A stretch of 64,000 bases of DNA, from the NCBI GenBank assembly GCA_964474705.1, contig CAYYUI010000007.1, positions 15,061 to 79,060 of the forward strand. The letters are read 5' to 3'. The position numbers and the translations under genes were made by a program. Below, piece by piece: positions 36,417 to 45,290 of this stretch (positions are counted from its first letter, which is position 1; the number at the start of each line of letters is the position of its first letter). This DNA is from an uncultured bacterium (lineage in GTDB: Bacteria; Muiribacteriota; Ozemobacteria; Ozemobacterales; Ozemobacteraceae). The notes below the pieces were generated by a model. The model saw only the letters and a program-made list of their open reading frames with translations. It was not told where the DNA came from and did not search any database.

Positions 36417-37327
36417 GGTTTTTCTCCTGATCGCGGATGGCTCAGACGATAAGTTTGCATGAGCTTTTCCTTGCTGATCCGTGTGTAAATCTGAGTTGTG
36501 GACAGGCTGGCGTGCCCGAGCATTTCCTGGACGGCTCTGATATCGGCACCATTGTTCAGCAGGTGGGTCGCAAAGCTGTGCCTGAACTGGTGCGGCGTGA
36601 TGTTTTTCACCATCGCAAGCTGCCGTGCATACTTTTCGATTACCCTGGCGATGCTGCGTGTTGATAGAGGCGTGCCCAGATGGTTGAGAAAGACATGCTG
36701 CTCGCCTTTCTGCTCGGGCATCTGAGCGTTGCGGGCACAGAACCAGGCCCTGATTGCAGTACAGGAAGCCGGAGTCAGGGGTGTGATTCGGTCTTTGCTG
36801 CCTTTGCCGGTAACCTTCACCATCCGGTTGTCAAAGTCAATGTTTTGAACGAGCATGTCTGCAAGTTCTGAGACGCGCAGGCCGCTGCCATATAGAGTTT
36901 CAAGGATAGCCCGATCGCGTAGACCAAGAAGAGTATTGAGATCTGGAGCATTCAGCATCAGGCTGACGTCTTCCTGACTCAGGGCTTTGGGAAGAGGGCG
37001 AAGCGTCTTCGGTGAATCCATATTTTCAGCTGGATTTTTATCCAGGACATGGTGCCGCATGGCAAATTTCAGTAATCCTCTTAACGCTGACTGGCCGCGC
37101 CGCATGCTTTGCGCTGCGAGGCCGCCCATGCGTCTTTCGGCCCAGAAGGCTCTGATTCTGGCATGCGAAAGGCCGGCCAGGTCGGCAGCATTGCTGATTC
37201 CCTGTTGCTGCAGCCAGTCGAGAAAAAACTGCAGGTCGTTCCGGTAGCCCCGCACTGTGTTTGCTGACAGCCGGCGTTCCTTGGCAATGCTTTCAAGGTA
37301 GCGTGAAATCAGCTCTGAAATTGACAA
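36413..37327 (-). CDS. xerC: Tyrosine recombinase XerC/XerD family (CodV-like, in the codV-hslVU arrangement).
   Basis: C-terminal catalytic region HQFRHSFATHLLNNGADIRAVQEMLGHASLSTTQIYT (R-H-R-Y). 4-nt overlap with hslV. Confidence 0.85.
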   Translation of the reverse strand: MSISELISRYLESIAKERRLSANTVRGYRNDLQFFLDWLQQQGISNAADLAGLSHARIRAFWAERRMGGLAAQSMRRGQSALRGLLKFAMRHHVLDKNPAENMDSPKTLRPLPKALSQEDVSLMLNAPDLNTLLGLRDRAILETLYGSGLRVSELADMLVQNIDFDNRMVKVTGKGSKDRITPLTPASCTAIRAWFCARNAQMPEQKGEQHVFLNHLGTPLSTRSIARVIEKYARQLAMVKNITPHQFRHSFATHLLNNGADIRAVQEMLGHASLSTTQIYTRISKEKLMQTYRLSHPRSGEKP

Positions 37328-37479
37328 ATGAGGGCTCCATATCGATCTGGATAGTTTGGCTCGCCAAGAATATCACATCATAAAGTATGGTACAAGTGGC
37401 AAAAGGGGAAATTTTAAGTGCTCGATCCGGCAAAATTCAGCTTGCAAATCGCCAGATTTTGAGCAGACTTTTTCATCAT

Positions 37480-39336
37480 CAGATGATGCGCAAATTGACG
37501 AAAATATTGCTGGCTGCGTTGTTTGCCGGTGGCCCGGTTATGGCTGCCGAGATTCTTTTGCCTGCCGATCTCCGTCAGGAACGTATCTATTCGGTAATCA
37601 CCAGCAGATTTTTTGACAGCGACTCTGATAATAATTTTTATAACCGCGAGCGTATTGAAAAAGGTGACCCGCATTATCGCGGCGATTTCAAGGGTCTGGC
37701 CGCGAAGTTGCCTTACATTAAGGAACTTGGCTTTACGGCCGTATGTGTTACCCCGCCCGTAGAAAATCGTGGCGGGCTGGATTTTATGGGTTTCAACGCC
37801 TATGATTTTGCGGCTTTCGATCCGCGTCTGAGCTCGAGCGATTTTAAATGGCAGGATTTGATCAGAGCGGCAAAAGGGCAGGGGATCAAGATTTTTCAGA
37901 CCATCGTTGTCAATCACATCTGCAATTACGGAATTCGCAATCATTATTTCATTCCCCGTCTGCCATTGAAATATTATCGCGGCAGTATTCAGGCAAAATG
38001 GCCATATATCTTTAATCTTGGCAATTACCGTGATGAATTCAGAATGGACAACGATAATCCCTGTGCTCCTGAATGGTTCAAAGACCTGCGCTATCGAGAC
38101 CCGTGGGGTGCCGGTCCTCTCAAAGATCCTGTAACCGGCGCTGTTTTTCCAGGTCAGGGTCTGCACCCGGAAAGATTCTTCGGCACCGATGAATCTACCC
38201 TGGATGCAGAATGGTTTCATCGCGAAGGCTGGTTGACTGCAGATGAGAATCTTTCTATCAATCGGGTTCAGCGGGCACATCTCGACGAAAACAGCATCGA
38301 TCTGGCTACTGACAACTGGAAAGTCAGAAATTTCTTCATAGAAGCAGGTAACCGGTATATCGACAGTGGCATTGACGGTATAAGAATTCAATTCGCCCGC
38401 AATGTCCCTCGCTCAGATCTGCTCATTATGGTTGAGCAATGGCGACACAGAAAGCCTGATCTGATGATTTTTGCTGATGTCGAACCGGCACTCGATGGTT
38501 TTGGCACTCTCGTTTCGGGAGGTAAAGAACCGGCCGAACTTTGCCCCTGGTGGTATACCCGGAGGGAAAACAACCCTCATGACCCGGGAATACAGGATTC
38601 CGGCATGGCTGTGCTCGACTATCCGCTGTTTAAAACCTTTGCAACCTCTCTTTGCAACGGGCATTTTATGGGTATTGGCAATCTGCTCAAATACGATGGG
38701 GCCTATGCCGACCCTCTGAGACTTGTCACTTTCTTTCACAATTTCGACAGCGGCCCTGAAGCGGGAAATCTGACCAGGTTTTCGGGTGATACCTGGAAGG
38801 CAGCCTGCGCCTATAACCTGATGTGGACCATTCGCGGTGTGCCGATGTTGCTGATGGGCGAAGAGATCGAGTTCATGAAAGGGATGCCTCAGAGGTTCGT
38901 TTTGCCGGAAGATCTGCTTTCATCGACAGGAAAGGCTTATTTTGGCGATAATCTCAATGATGCAGAAATGGCTGCGACTATGCAGCAGCCATTGTTTCTA
39001 CATATCAGACGATTGAACCAGATCAGAAACGCTGTTCCGGCGCTGAGTCTTGGCAGTCTCGACAATGGCTCAGAATTTGTTTCGGGTATCAGCTTCATTC
39101 GCAACTATAACAATGCCGAAAGCTATGCTGTAGTTGGTCTAAGCGCTTTTATCGACCAGGAAATAACCGTGAATCGTGTTCTGCCAGGTGATTATACTGA
39201 TGCCGTGACTGGGCAGACACAGAATATCGCAACTTCCACCCGATCTATAACGTTCAGCGTCAAGGGAAACTCAGCCGGGATCTGGGTGCGTAATGGCCCG
39301 GGAAAAATCGGCGAAGATGGAACCTATCTGCGCTGA
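37480..39336 (+). CDS. Secreted glycoside hydrolase family 13 (alpha-amylase family) protein. Start placed at MMRKLTK, the signal peptide; the listed ORF begins at 37387.
   Basis: Signal peptide KILLAALFAGGPVMAA. Region I-like GFTAVCVTPPVEN. GIDGIRIQFARNV is region II-like with the catalytic Asp. Length about 620 aa. Confidence 0.75.
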   Translation, partial: QMMRKLTKILLAALFAGGPVMAAEILLPADLRQERIYSVITSRFFDSDSDNNFYNRERIEKGDPHYRGDFKGLAAKLPYIKELGFTAVCVTPPVENRGGLDFMGFNAYDFAAFDPRLSSSDFKWQDLIRAAKGQGIKIFQTIVVNHICNYGIRNHYFIPRLPLKYYRGSIQAKWPYIFNLGNYRDEFRMDNDNPCAPEWFKDLRYRDPWGAGPLKDPVTGAVFPGQGLHPERFFGTDESTLDAEWFHREGWLTADENLSINRVQRAHLDENSIDLATDNWKVRNFFIEAGNRYIDSGIDGIRIQFARNVPRSDLLIMVEQWRHRKPDLMIFADVEPALDGFGTLVSGGKEPAELCPWWYTRRENNPHDPGIQDSGMAVLDYPLFKTFATSLCNGHFMGIGNLLKYDGAYADPLRLVTFFHNFDSGPEAGNLTRFSGDTWKAACAYNLMWTIRGVPMLLMGEEIEFMKGMPQRFVLPEDLLSSTGKAYFGDNLNDAEMAATMQQPLFLHIRRLNQIRNAVPALSLGSLDNGSEFVSGISFIRNYNNAESYAVVGLSAFIDQEITVNRVLPGDYTDAVTGQTQNIATSTRSITFSVKGNSAGIWVRNGPGKIGEDGTYLR

Positions 39337-40190
39337 AAAAGCATTATCAGCTCACTTTGCCCGGTGTGCGGGTCTTTCTGTGATTGCATTACCGCAAAGC
39401 CGCGCCGGGTGAAAAAATTGACTCCGGTGCCATTTTTTTCATAAACAGCCAGAGAAAGACTTTCATGGTTGGATTTGGCATGGTCAAGCAGTTTGGTGCC
39501 GATTCCGCGTCCATGTACTTCCGGTTCTACGAACAGGGCAGTTAGATTGTTCTTCTGCAGTGACATGAACCCAAGTATTTGCGAATCTTCGCAATATACC
39601 CAGTTTTCTGATGCCGGAAAAAACGTCTTCTGCATGCGGTCGGTGTTCTGATGCCAGAAATCACTGCTGACAAAGTCGTGGGCCTCCAGAGATGCCTGCA
39701 GCCAGATTTTTGTCATTCGGGAAAAGTCATCAGACGTAGCTTTTCTGATAATGCCTGTCAGGGCTGCCGGAGAACATCTGGCGCAAATCCGGCCGGTTTG
39801 ACTCAGGACTTTTTCCAGCTGGCGACGCTGGTTTTCATCGAGCCATTCAAGTGCCAGTCTGGTTGGTTTGCCGGGTTTGCACCGATAAAAGCGGTAATAG
39901 AATGGGTTGACTGCCAGGATTTGTCTGACCAGCTCTTCGTTATCGAAAATTCCGACGACTCTACCGTCGCCAAGGGCATCCCAGACTACATAAAGGTCTT
40001 GCCCGTCAACTGACGAAGGCTGGGGTGTGGTGATGAAAATCGACTGCGCTTCAGCCTTTTCCGGTTGGGGTGGTTTGCATGCTTTAACCGGCAAGACCGT
40101 TCGGCGGATAAATTCAAATAGCCGTCTCAATACCGGTTTTGCTGTCGTTCTGTCTGGCATTTTCTCCCCGCCTCGATTCGCTGAATGCAA
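39324..40190 (-). CDS. GNAT family N-acetyltransferase with an N-terminal domain of unknown function of about 140 aa.
   Basis: C-terminal LFVEPEVHGRGIGTKLLDHA...YEKNGTGVNFFTRRGF is GNAT motif A/B. Confidence 0.7.
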   Translation of the reverse strand: MHSANRGGEKMPDRTTAKPVLRRLFEFIRRTVLPVKACKPPQPEKAEAQSIFITTPQPSSVDGQDLYVVWDALGDGRVVGIFDNEELVRQILAVNPFYYRFYRCKPGKPTRLALEWLDENQRRQLEKVLSQTGRICARCSPAALTGIIRKATSDDFSRMTKIWLQASLEAHDFVSSDFWHQNTDRMQKTFFPASENWVYCEDSQILGFMSLQKNNLTALFVEPEVHGRGIGTKLLDHAKSNHESLSLAVYEKNGTGVNFFTRRGFAVMQSQKDPHTGQSELIMLFQRR

Positions 40191-40496
40191 CAGACTCAGG
40201 CCATTCCGGCGTTAATGGTCAGATCGCCAGATTCTGTTGGCAGCATGATTTTATCATAAACATCCGGTTGCTGAATACACATTATCGTTTGCCCTGATCG
40301 ATTGCATGCGCCATTTTCAATCAAATCTCTGAAAAAAATTGAGCAGAATCTGACTTCTTGCCGGGCTGTCGAACAGTTGCAATTCTGCTTTTGCTGGATT
40401 CAAAAATTTTGCAGCCCCGGTTGCCGACGGCGACCCATTTTAAACCTGCAGACCGATTCAGTAATGAAGACTGCCATTGACATGGAACTTATTCAC

Positions 40497-40525
40497 TTGC
40501 ATTTTTCATATCCGCTTACCATAAT
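40497..40525 (+). promoter_or_regulatory. Candidate sigma-70 promoter for the MATE gene: -35 TTGCAT, 17-bp spacer, -10 CATAAT.
   Basis: Sequence match. It lies about 105 nt upstream of the MATE start, in a 440-bp intergenic region. Confidence 0.4.
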
Positions 40526-40630
40526 GAACCCGCTGTTAAAATTGAACTTCAGACAGGGAACAATCTTAATGGAAACAGTTCGCCGAAATGCCATGACATT
40601 AATTCTTGACTCTTTTCCGGGTCGATTGAT

Positions 40631-41941
40631 ATGAAAAGCCTGACAAGGTTTTCGTGGCCGATTCTTGTCGAGCTCCTGCTTTCCTTTGCTGTGAACATGC
40701 TGCTGTTTTCTCTGCTCGGGCGTATCGCCGATGCGGCGTCTGGTGCAGTAGGAGCCATGAACAGTCTTTTCGGACTCATTGGCATGATGTTCCTGGGTTT
40801 GTCTCAGGCGGGCGGCATAATGATCGCCCATCTGGCAGGCAGTGGCAGCGAAGAAAGGGCCGCACGCCTCAGGGGTACACTGCTGGGAATATTTCTGCTG
40901 AGCATTGGCGCTGTTTCTTTGTCGATCTTTATGGGGCGCAATCTGTTGATTGCCGGTGTTCTCGGACTTAATGAACAGACTGGTGTTTATGCCGCTGAAT
41001 ATTGCCGGGTGGCACAGTGGACACTGGCGATCAATGCTCTTGGTCAGTATTTTACTGCGGTTTTTCGCAGTGCCGGAAACAGCCTTGCGCCACTTCTTGT
41101 TGCACTCGTCAATCACGCATTCTGTTTCATCTGTCTCTGGCTCCTGCCGGGAAAACTTGCCGGAATTCAGTTCTCGGGCGTGCAGCGGATTGCGTTTTCT
41201 CAGCTCTGCGGTGGCACGTTAGCACTTTTTTCCGCGGCGTTCATATTTATCCGCTGGTTGAAACTGTCTGTCAAATTGCCTGACCGCAAAATCGCCTTTT
41301 CTTCCGAAATCAGGCCGGTTCTGGGTTTGGCGGCAATGGTCGTTCTCGAACCTTTCTCTTACAATCTTGCTCAGGTATTCATCAGCAGGATGTTTGCTGA
41401 ACTCGGGCCGGTCGCCCTGGCCGCCCGTGCTTACGCCGGAACTCTGTCTTCAGTTCCGTCGTTGCCCGGTATCGCACTTGGCTGGGGGGCACAGGTTCAG
41501 GTCAGCTATCTGAATGGTGCCGGCAAAGCAGCCGAAGCAAGAAGAATGGTTCTCAGAAGCAGTTTTATAACCCTGCTCATCGGTCCGGCAGGGGCCGCTC
41601 TGGTTTACTTTTTTGCCGCAAGGCTTGCCGGGTTTTTTACGGCCGAGCCGGCCGTAATTGAAACCGTTAAAACCATTCTGGGTGTCTATGTTCTGCTTGA
41701 AGCCGGAAGAAGTCTGAACACCAATCTCGCTCCTTCGCTCAAAGCACGGGGTGAGGCAAAATATGTCGCTCAAACCTCATTTGTTGTCATGCTTTTGGTC
41801 TGCGTTCCGCTTGCCTGGTTTCTAGGTTTCCCGATGCAATACGGGGTAGCAGGCCTGGTTACAGCTCTTGCTCTCGATGAGGTGTTGCGCGGTCTGATTA
41901 ATCTCAGGCGCTGGTGCCTGCCTGTTAAAAATCAATCTTGA
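40631..41941 (+). CDS. MATE family efflux transporter.
   Basis: 12 predicted TM segments. The N-terminus WPILVELLLSFAVNMLL is typical of MatE (PF01554). Length 436 aa. Confidence 0.8.
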   Translation: MKSLTRFSWPILVELLLSFAVNMLLFSLLGRIADAASGAVGAMNSLFGLIGMMFLGLSQAGGIMIAHLAGSGSEERAARLRGTLLGIFLLSIGAVSLSIFMGRNLLIAGVLGLNEQTGVYAAEYCRVAQWTLAINALGQYFTAVFRSAGNSLAPLLVALVNHAFCFICLWLLPGKLAGIQFSGVQRIAFSQLCGGTLALFSAAFIFIRWLKLSVKLPDRKIAFSSEIRPVLGLAAMVVLEPFSYNLAQVFISRMFAELGPVALAARAYAGTLSSVPSLPGIALGWGAQVQVSYLNGAGKAAEARRMVLRSSFITLLIGPAGAALVYFFAARLAGFFTAEPAVIETVKTILGVYVLLEAGRSLNTNLAPSLKARGEAKYVAQTSFVVMLLVCVPLAWFLGFPMQYGVAGLVTALALDEVLRGLINLRRWCLPVKNQS

Positions 41942-42308
41942 ATGGAGCGAGGGTCATTACCAGCCCCAAAACTATCGTGGCCGTCAGATCGCTGATGAAA
42001 AAGGGAAAAACCATCAGCCCGACACCGCAGATCAGAAAAGTGAAACGTGACTGCTTTTTTCCGTAGATAAAATAGCCGGTTCCCAGGGCGCCCCAGATCA
42101 TGGTCAGGAAAAGTGAAGTGCCGCTAGAGTCGTCTTTGCTTTCTGAGGCCGGTGTTGCCTGGCCTGCCAATTTTTCTGCCATTTTGAGCTGTCCCTCATA
42201 TGTCAGTTCAGAAGCCTTATCCATGAAGTCGCGATCTTTTTGCGTGCCAGCCATTGCAGACGGCCCGAACAGGATGACCAGCATCAGGATGCCAATAATT
42301 ATTCTCAT
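41925..42308 (-). CDS. Hypothetical small membrane protein (signal peptide plus two or three TM segments).
   Basis: ORF with N-terminal MRIIIGILMLVILFGPSAMA and a hydrophobic C-terminal half. No family recognised. Confidence 0.5.
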   Translation of the reverse strand: MRIIIGILMLVILFGPSAMAGTQKDRDFMDKASELTYEGQLKMAEKLAGQATPASESKDDSSGTSLFLTMIWGALGTGYFIYGKKQSRFTFLICGVGLMVFPFFISDLTATIVLGLVMTLAPFKIDF

Positions 42309-42514
42309 GTTGCTCGGACCGCCTTGTTGAAAATTCTGCAGGAATAACCCGTTGAAACTTTCGTTTCAGGATAACCCCTCTTCAGATACTTAACAATGAC
42401 GAAAATCAGGAACAGGAATTATAAAAGCAGAAGAAATGCAGAAATAATGCTGCATTTCGACTTCTGGCGCTGTGAATCTTCGCTGGTCTGATATTTGCGA
42501 TCAAAGCCTGCCTG

Positions 42515-42550
42515 AAAAAATGGCACACTCCCCGAAGAGGGAATGTGCCA
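42515..42550 (-). terminator. Rho-independent terminator after the bacterioferritin gene.
   Basis: Minus-strand hairpin tggcacattccctcttcggggagtgtgcca followed by T6. Confidence 0.65.
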
Positions 42551-42567
42551 TCTTGAATATCTATTTC

Positions 42568-43107
42568 TCAGGCTGCGTTGTTCTGGGTTACAAAGCCCTT
42601 TGAAGCCGCGCCTGTGTCTGCCGGAGTGCCGGCAATGCGGGCCAGATATGATTCGCCCAGATTGGTAAGATGCTCATTGACATTATCGAAATAGTTGAAA
42701 TGTGCCTGTTCTTCATCGATGATGGTTTCAAACAGCTTCACCGAGATGCTGTCGCCGTTTTCCCGGCAGATAAGCAGAAACTGGTTGTAGTTGTCGAGGG
42801 TATCGTCTTCGAGTTTGGCGTCGAACGGAAAAACCTGTTTAACCTTCTGCCCTTTGGTAACTTTGTCGGCGAGCTCGGCTGTCGGTTCGCCGCCAAGTTC
42901 TTTAATACGTTCGGCAAAAGCTTCGGCATGACGCATTTCGTCGATGGCGATCAGTTTGACGTTAGCTGCGAGTTCGCCGTAATCAGAATTGTCGAGACCG
43001 TAGTGCTGGTTCATATACTGGTGAATTGCGTGCAATTCCATCGAGCGGGCCTTATTCAAAACTTCGATGACTTTCGCTTTGCGTTCCTTCTGCATTGTTT
43101 CCTCCAA
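42568..43107 (-). CDS. bfr: Bacterioferritin / ferritin-like diiron protein.
   Basis: KVIEVLNKARSMELHAIHQYMNQHY...AIDEMRHAEAFAERIKELGG matches the Bfr helix A/B ferroxidase pattern (E...ExxH). A second E...ExxH lies at EEQAHF. Confidence 0.75.
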   Translation of the reverse strand: MEETMQKERKAKVIEVLNKARSMELHAIHQYMNQHYGLDNSDYGELAANVKLIAIDEMRHAEAFAERIKELGGEPTAELADKVTKGQKVKQVFPFDAKLEDDTLDNYNQFLLICRENGDSISVKLFETIIDEEQAHFNYFDNVNEHLTNLGESYLARIAGTPADTGAASKGFVTQNNAA

Positions 43108-43163
43108 TATTTGATTTTGCCGGAAACCATATTACTTCATTTGCGCCTGATTTGGAAACAGAT

Positions 43164-44408
43164 TTATGATCTCGCAGCACTGGAACCGGCAAGCATGCCG
43201 CTGGCGAAACACCAGTGCAGATTGAAGCCTCCGCATGGTCCATCGAGATTGAGCATTTCGCCGCAAAAGAACAGCCCTTGAATCAGTCTGCTTGCAAGGG
43301 TTTCGGGCCTGACTTCTTTCAGTGACACGCCGCCTCTGGTCACCATGGCTGAATTCCAGCCATCGTGGCCGGTAACGGTCAGAGGTGTCCAGGTGAGAAC
43401 TTTCAGCAGCGCATCTCTTTTTGCAGCAGGCTGCTTTTTCAGCGGTTCCTGAGGTTCAATGCCGACAAGAAGGCATAATTCAACAGCAAGCGGCGAGGGA
43501 ATAAAGGTTGCCAGGGTTGAAGCGGCATTTTGCAGCTGCACTTTTCTCTGTTCCATTTCCAGGCGTTGTCGCAGTTCTTCCTCGTTCATTCCTCTGGTAA
43601 GGTTGACCAGCAGAGGTACTTCGCCATATTTTTCAAGCAGCGGGGTTATTTCACGGGCAAAATCAAGAATCACCGGGCCGCGAATGCCGTCGGCGGTGAA
43701 AATAAGGTCACCACGCGCCTGAAGCTTCGCCGCTTCCGGCAGGTTAATGCGAATGGTTGCCTTACCAATCGTGTCGGCTCTGCAGTTCTTCACCCAGCTT
43801 TCTTTAATTTTCAACGGCAGCATGGCTGGAAACAGTGGTGTGACTGAATGACCGGCTCTGCTGACCATATCGAAAACCTCGCCATCAGAACCCAGCGCCG
43901 GATAACCTTTGCCGCCGGTTGCCAGGATTAGTCTGTTGCTGGAAAGCCGGCTGCCGTTGACTTCCAGGCCGACAATTCCCGAATCTTTTATGATGATACC
44001 GGTAACTTTTTGCGAACATCGCAATTCTACTTTGAGATGCTGCAATTCTCGTTGCAGGGCATCGGTTACGGTTGTGGCATTGTGATCTGCGGGAAAAATC
44101 CGCATGCCGTCTGCAGCGTGACATTTGACGCCTATCTCTTCGAAAAACTTCTTCAGCGCTTCAACGTCAAAATTTTTCAGGGCCGGAATCATGAATCGAC
44201 CTTCGCGGCCGAATCGTTTGATTATTTCATCATTGTTGAGGTTGCTGGCAAGATTGCAGCGCCCGCCGCCGGTGGCAAGCAATTTGGTGCCCGGTCGTGA
44301 CATTTTTTCGAGCAGCAGCACCTGCCTGCCAGATCTTGCCGCGGCGATTGCCGCCAGCATTCCTGCCGGCCCGGCCCCACATATCACAATATCGAACTGT
44401 TTCACCAT
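43164..44408 (-). CDS. HI0933-like (BaiN/aminoacetone oxidase family) NAD(P)/FAD-dependent flavoprotein.
   Basis: N-terminal FDIVICGAGPAGMLAAIAAARSGRQVLLLEK...GGGRCN is the family signature. Confidence 0.85.
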   Translation of the reverse strand: MVKQFDIVICGAGPAGMLAAIAAARSGRQVLLLEKMSRPGTKLLATGGGRCNLASNLNNDEIIKRFGREGRFMIPALKNFDVEALKKFFEEIGVKCHAADGMRIFPADHNATTVTDALQRELQHLKVELRCSQKVTGIIIKDSGIVGLEVNGSRLSSNRLILATGGKGYPALGSDGEVFDMVSRAGHSVTPLFPAMLPLKIKESWVKNCRADTIGKATIRINLPEAAKLQARGDLIFTADGIRGPVILDFAREITPLLEKYGEVPLLVNLTRGMNEEELRQRLEMEQRKVQLQNAASTLATFIPSPLAVELCLLVGIEPQEPLKKQPAAKRDALLKVLTWTPLTVTGHDGWNSAMVTRGGVSLKEVRPETLASRLIQGLFFCGEMLNLDGPCGGFNLHWCFASGMLAGSSAARS

Positions 44409-44618
44409 GCTGTCGATTTTAACACACTCCCCGCGTATGCCATACTGCCGATTCTACCAAACCACAGATGATGAATATGGTGGCAGAAGCGTAGGCAATG
44501 GCTGACCTGCTTAATACGTTTCACAAAATGGCTAAGTAATCGATTGCTCTGATGAATGAAAAAGGTAATTGACTATTTAAACTGCATGGTTTAGATTTCT
44601 GGACTTACGAGTCTAATT

Positions 44619-45290
44619 TTGTCGGATGAAAGAATGAGTACAAAATTACAGAAAGAACGCCTTGAACGGATGCTCAATGCTGCATTGGCCGAATTTTCCG
44701 AACATGGTTTCGAACAGGCCAATGTTAACGCAATAGCTGCACGGGCTGAAGTTAGCAAAGCAACTATTTACAGTCACTTTAATACCAAAGAAAATCTTTT
44801 CCTGGAAGTGTTCGATCACTTTCTCGATGTGAAAATGATTTCAGGGCCGTGTGAATGGAAAGCCGCCACATTTGAAAATGAGCTGAAAAAAGAGACCAGG
44901 CGCTTTTTCAGCCAGGCTTCGGAAAGCCCAGAAGCCAGGTTCTTTTTTCGCTGTATGACTGCTGACGATGGCATTCTCTGTGATGAGTTGCGCAATGAAC
45001 TGTCAGGACGTTTCATTGCTGCCGCTTTTGGGAAAATGAATGATCTCTTTGAAGCGGGCCGGCAGGGACTATTTAACCAAAATCTGGATATCGAGTTCGT
45101 GAAACATGCGATGATCGGGGTCATACTTCAGTCGCTTCGCTACCACTGGGATTGTGAAAGAAAGGTTTCTCTGACAAAGATTGCTGATCAGGTGTCTGAA
45201 TTCATTCTTTTTGGTATGTCAGCAAAAAGAAAGTGTGCTGATGTAAAACATGCCCGTAAAGAAAAGATTTCCAGGGGGAACAATCTGTGA
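44619..45290 (+). CDS. TetR/AcrR family transcriptional regulator (likely repressor of the downstream RND efflux operon).
   Basis: HTH NVNAIAARAEVSKATIYSHFNTKENLF. Located upstream of the tolC-MFP-RND genes. Confidence 0.85.
   Translation: MSDERMSTKLQKERLERMLNAALAEFSEHGFEQANVNAIAARAEVSKATIYSHFNTKENLFLEVFDHFLDVKMISGPCEWKAATFENELKKETRRFFSQASESPEARFFFRCMTADDGILCDELRNELSGRFIAAAFGKMNDLFEAGRQGLFNQNLDIEFVKHAMIGVILQSLRYHWDCERKVSLTKIADQVSEFILFGMSAKRKCADVKHARKEKISRGNNL

Noticed and set aside
36413-37327. Tyrosine recombinase as a marker of an integrated mobile element
   Set aside because: It is fused in the conserved codV/xerC-hslV-hslU-flgB arrangement, i.e. the chromosomal dif recombinase. No att-like repeats, tRNA or phage genes flank it.
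40302-40634. 110-aa plus-strand ORF in the long intergenic region upstream of the MATE gene
   Set aside because: No RBS, it overlaps the predicted promoter and 5' UTR, and its composition is uncharacteristic. It is more likely non-coding leader sequence.
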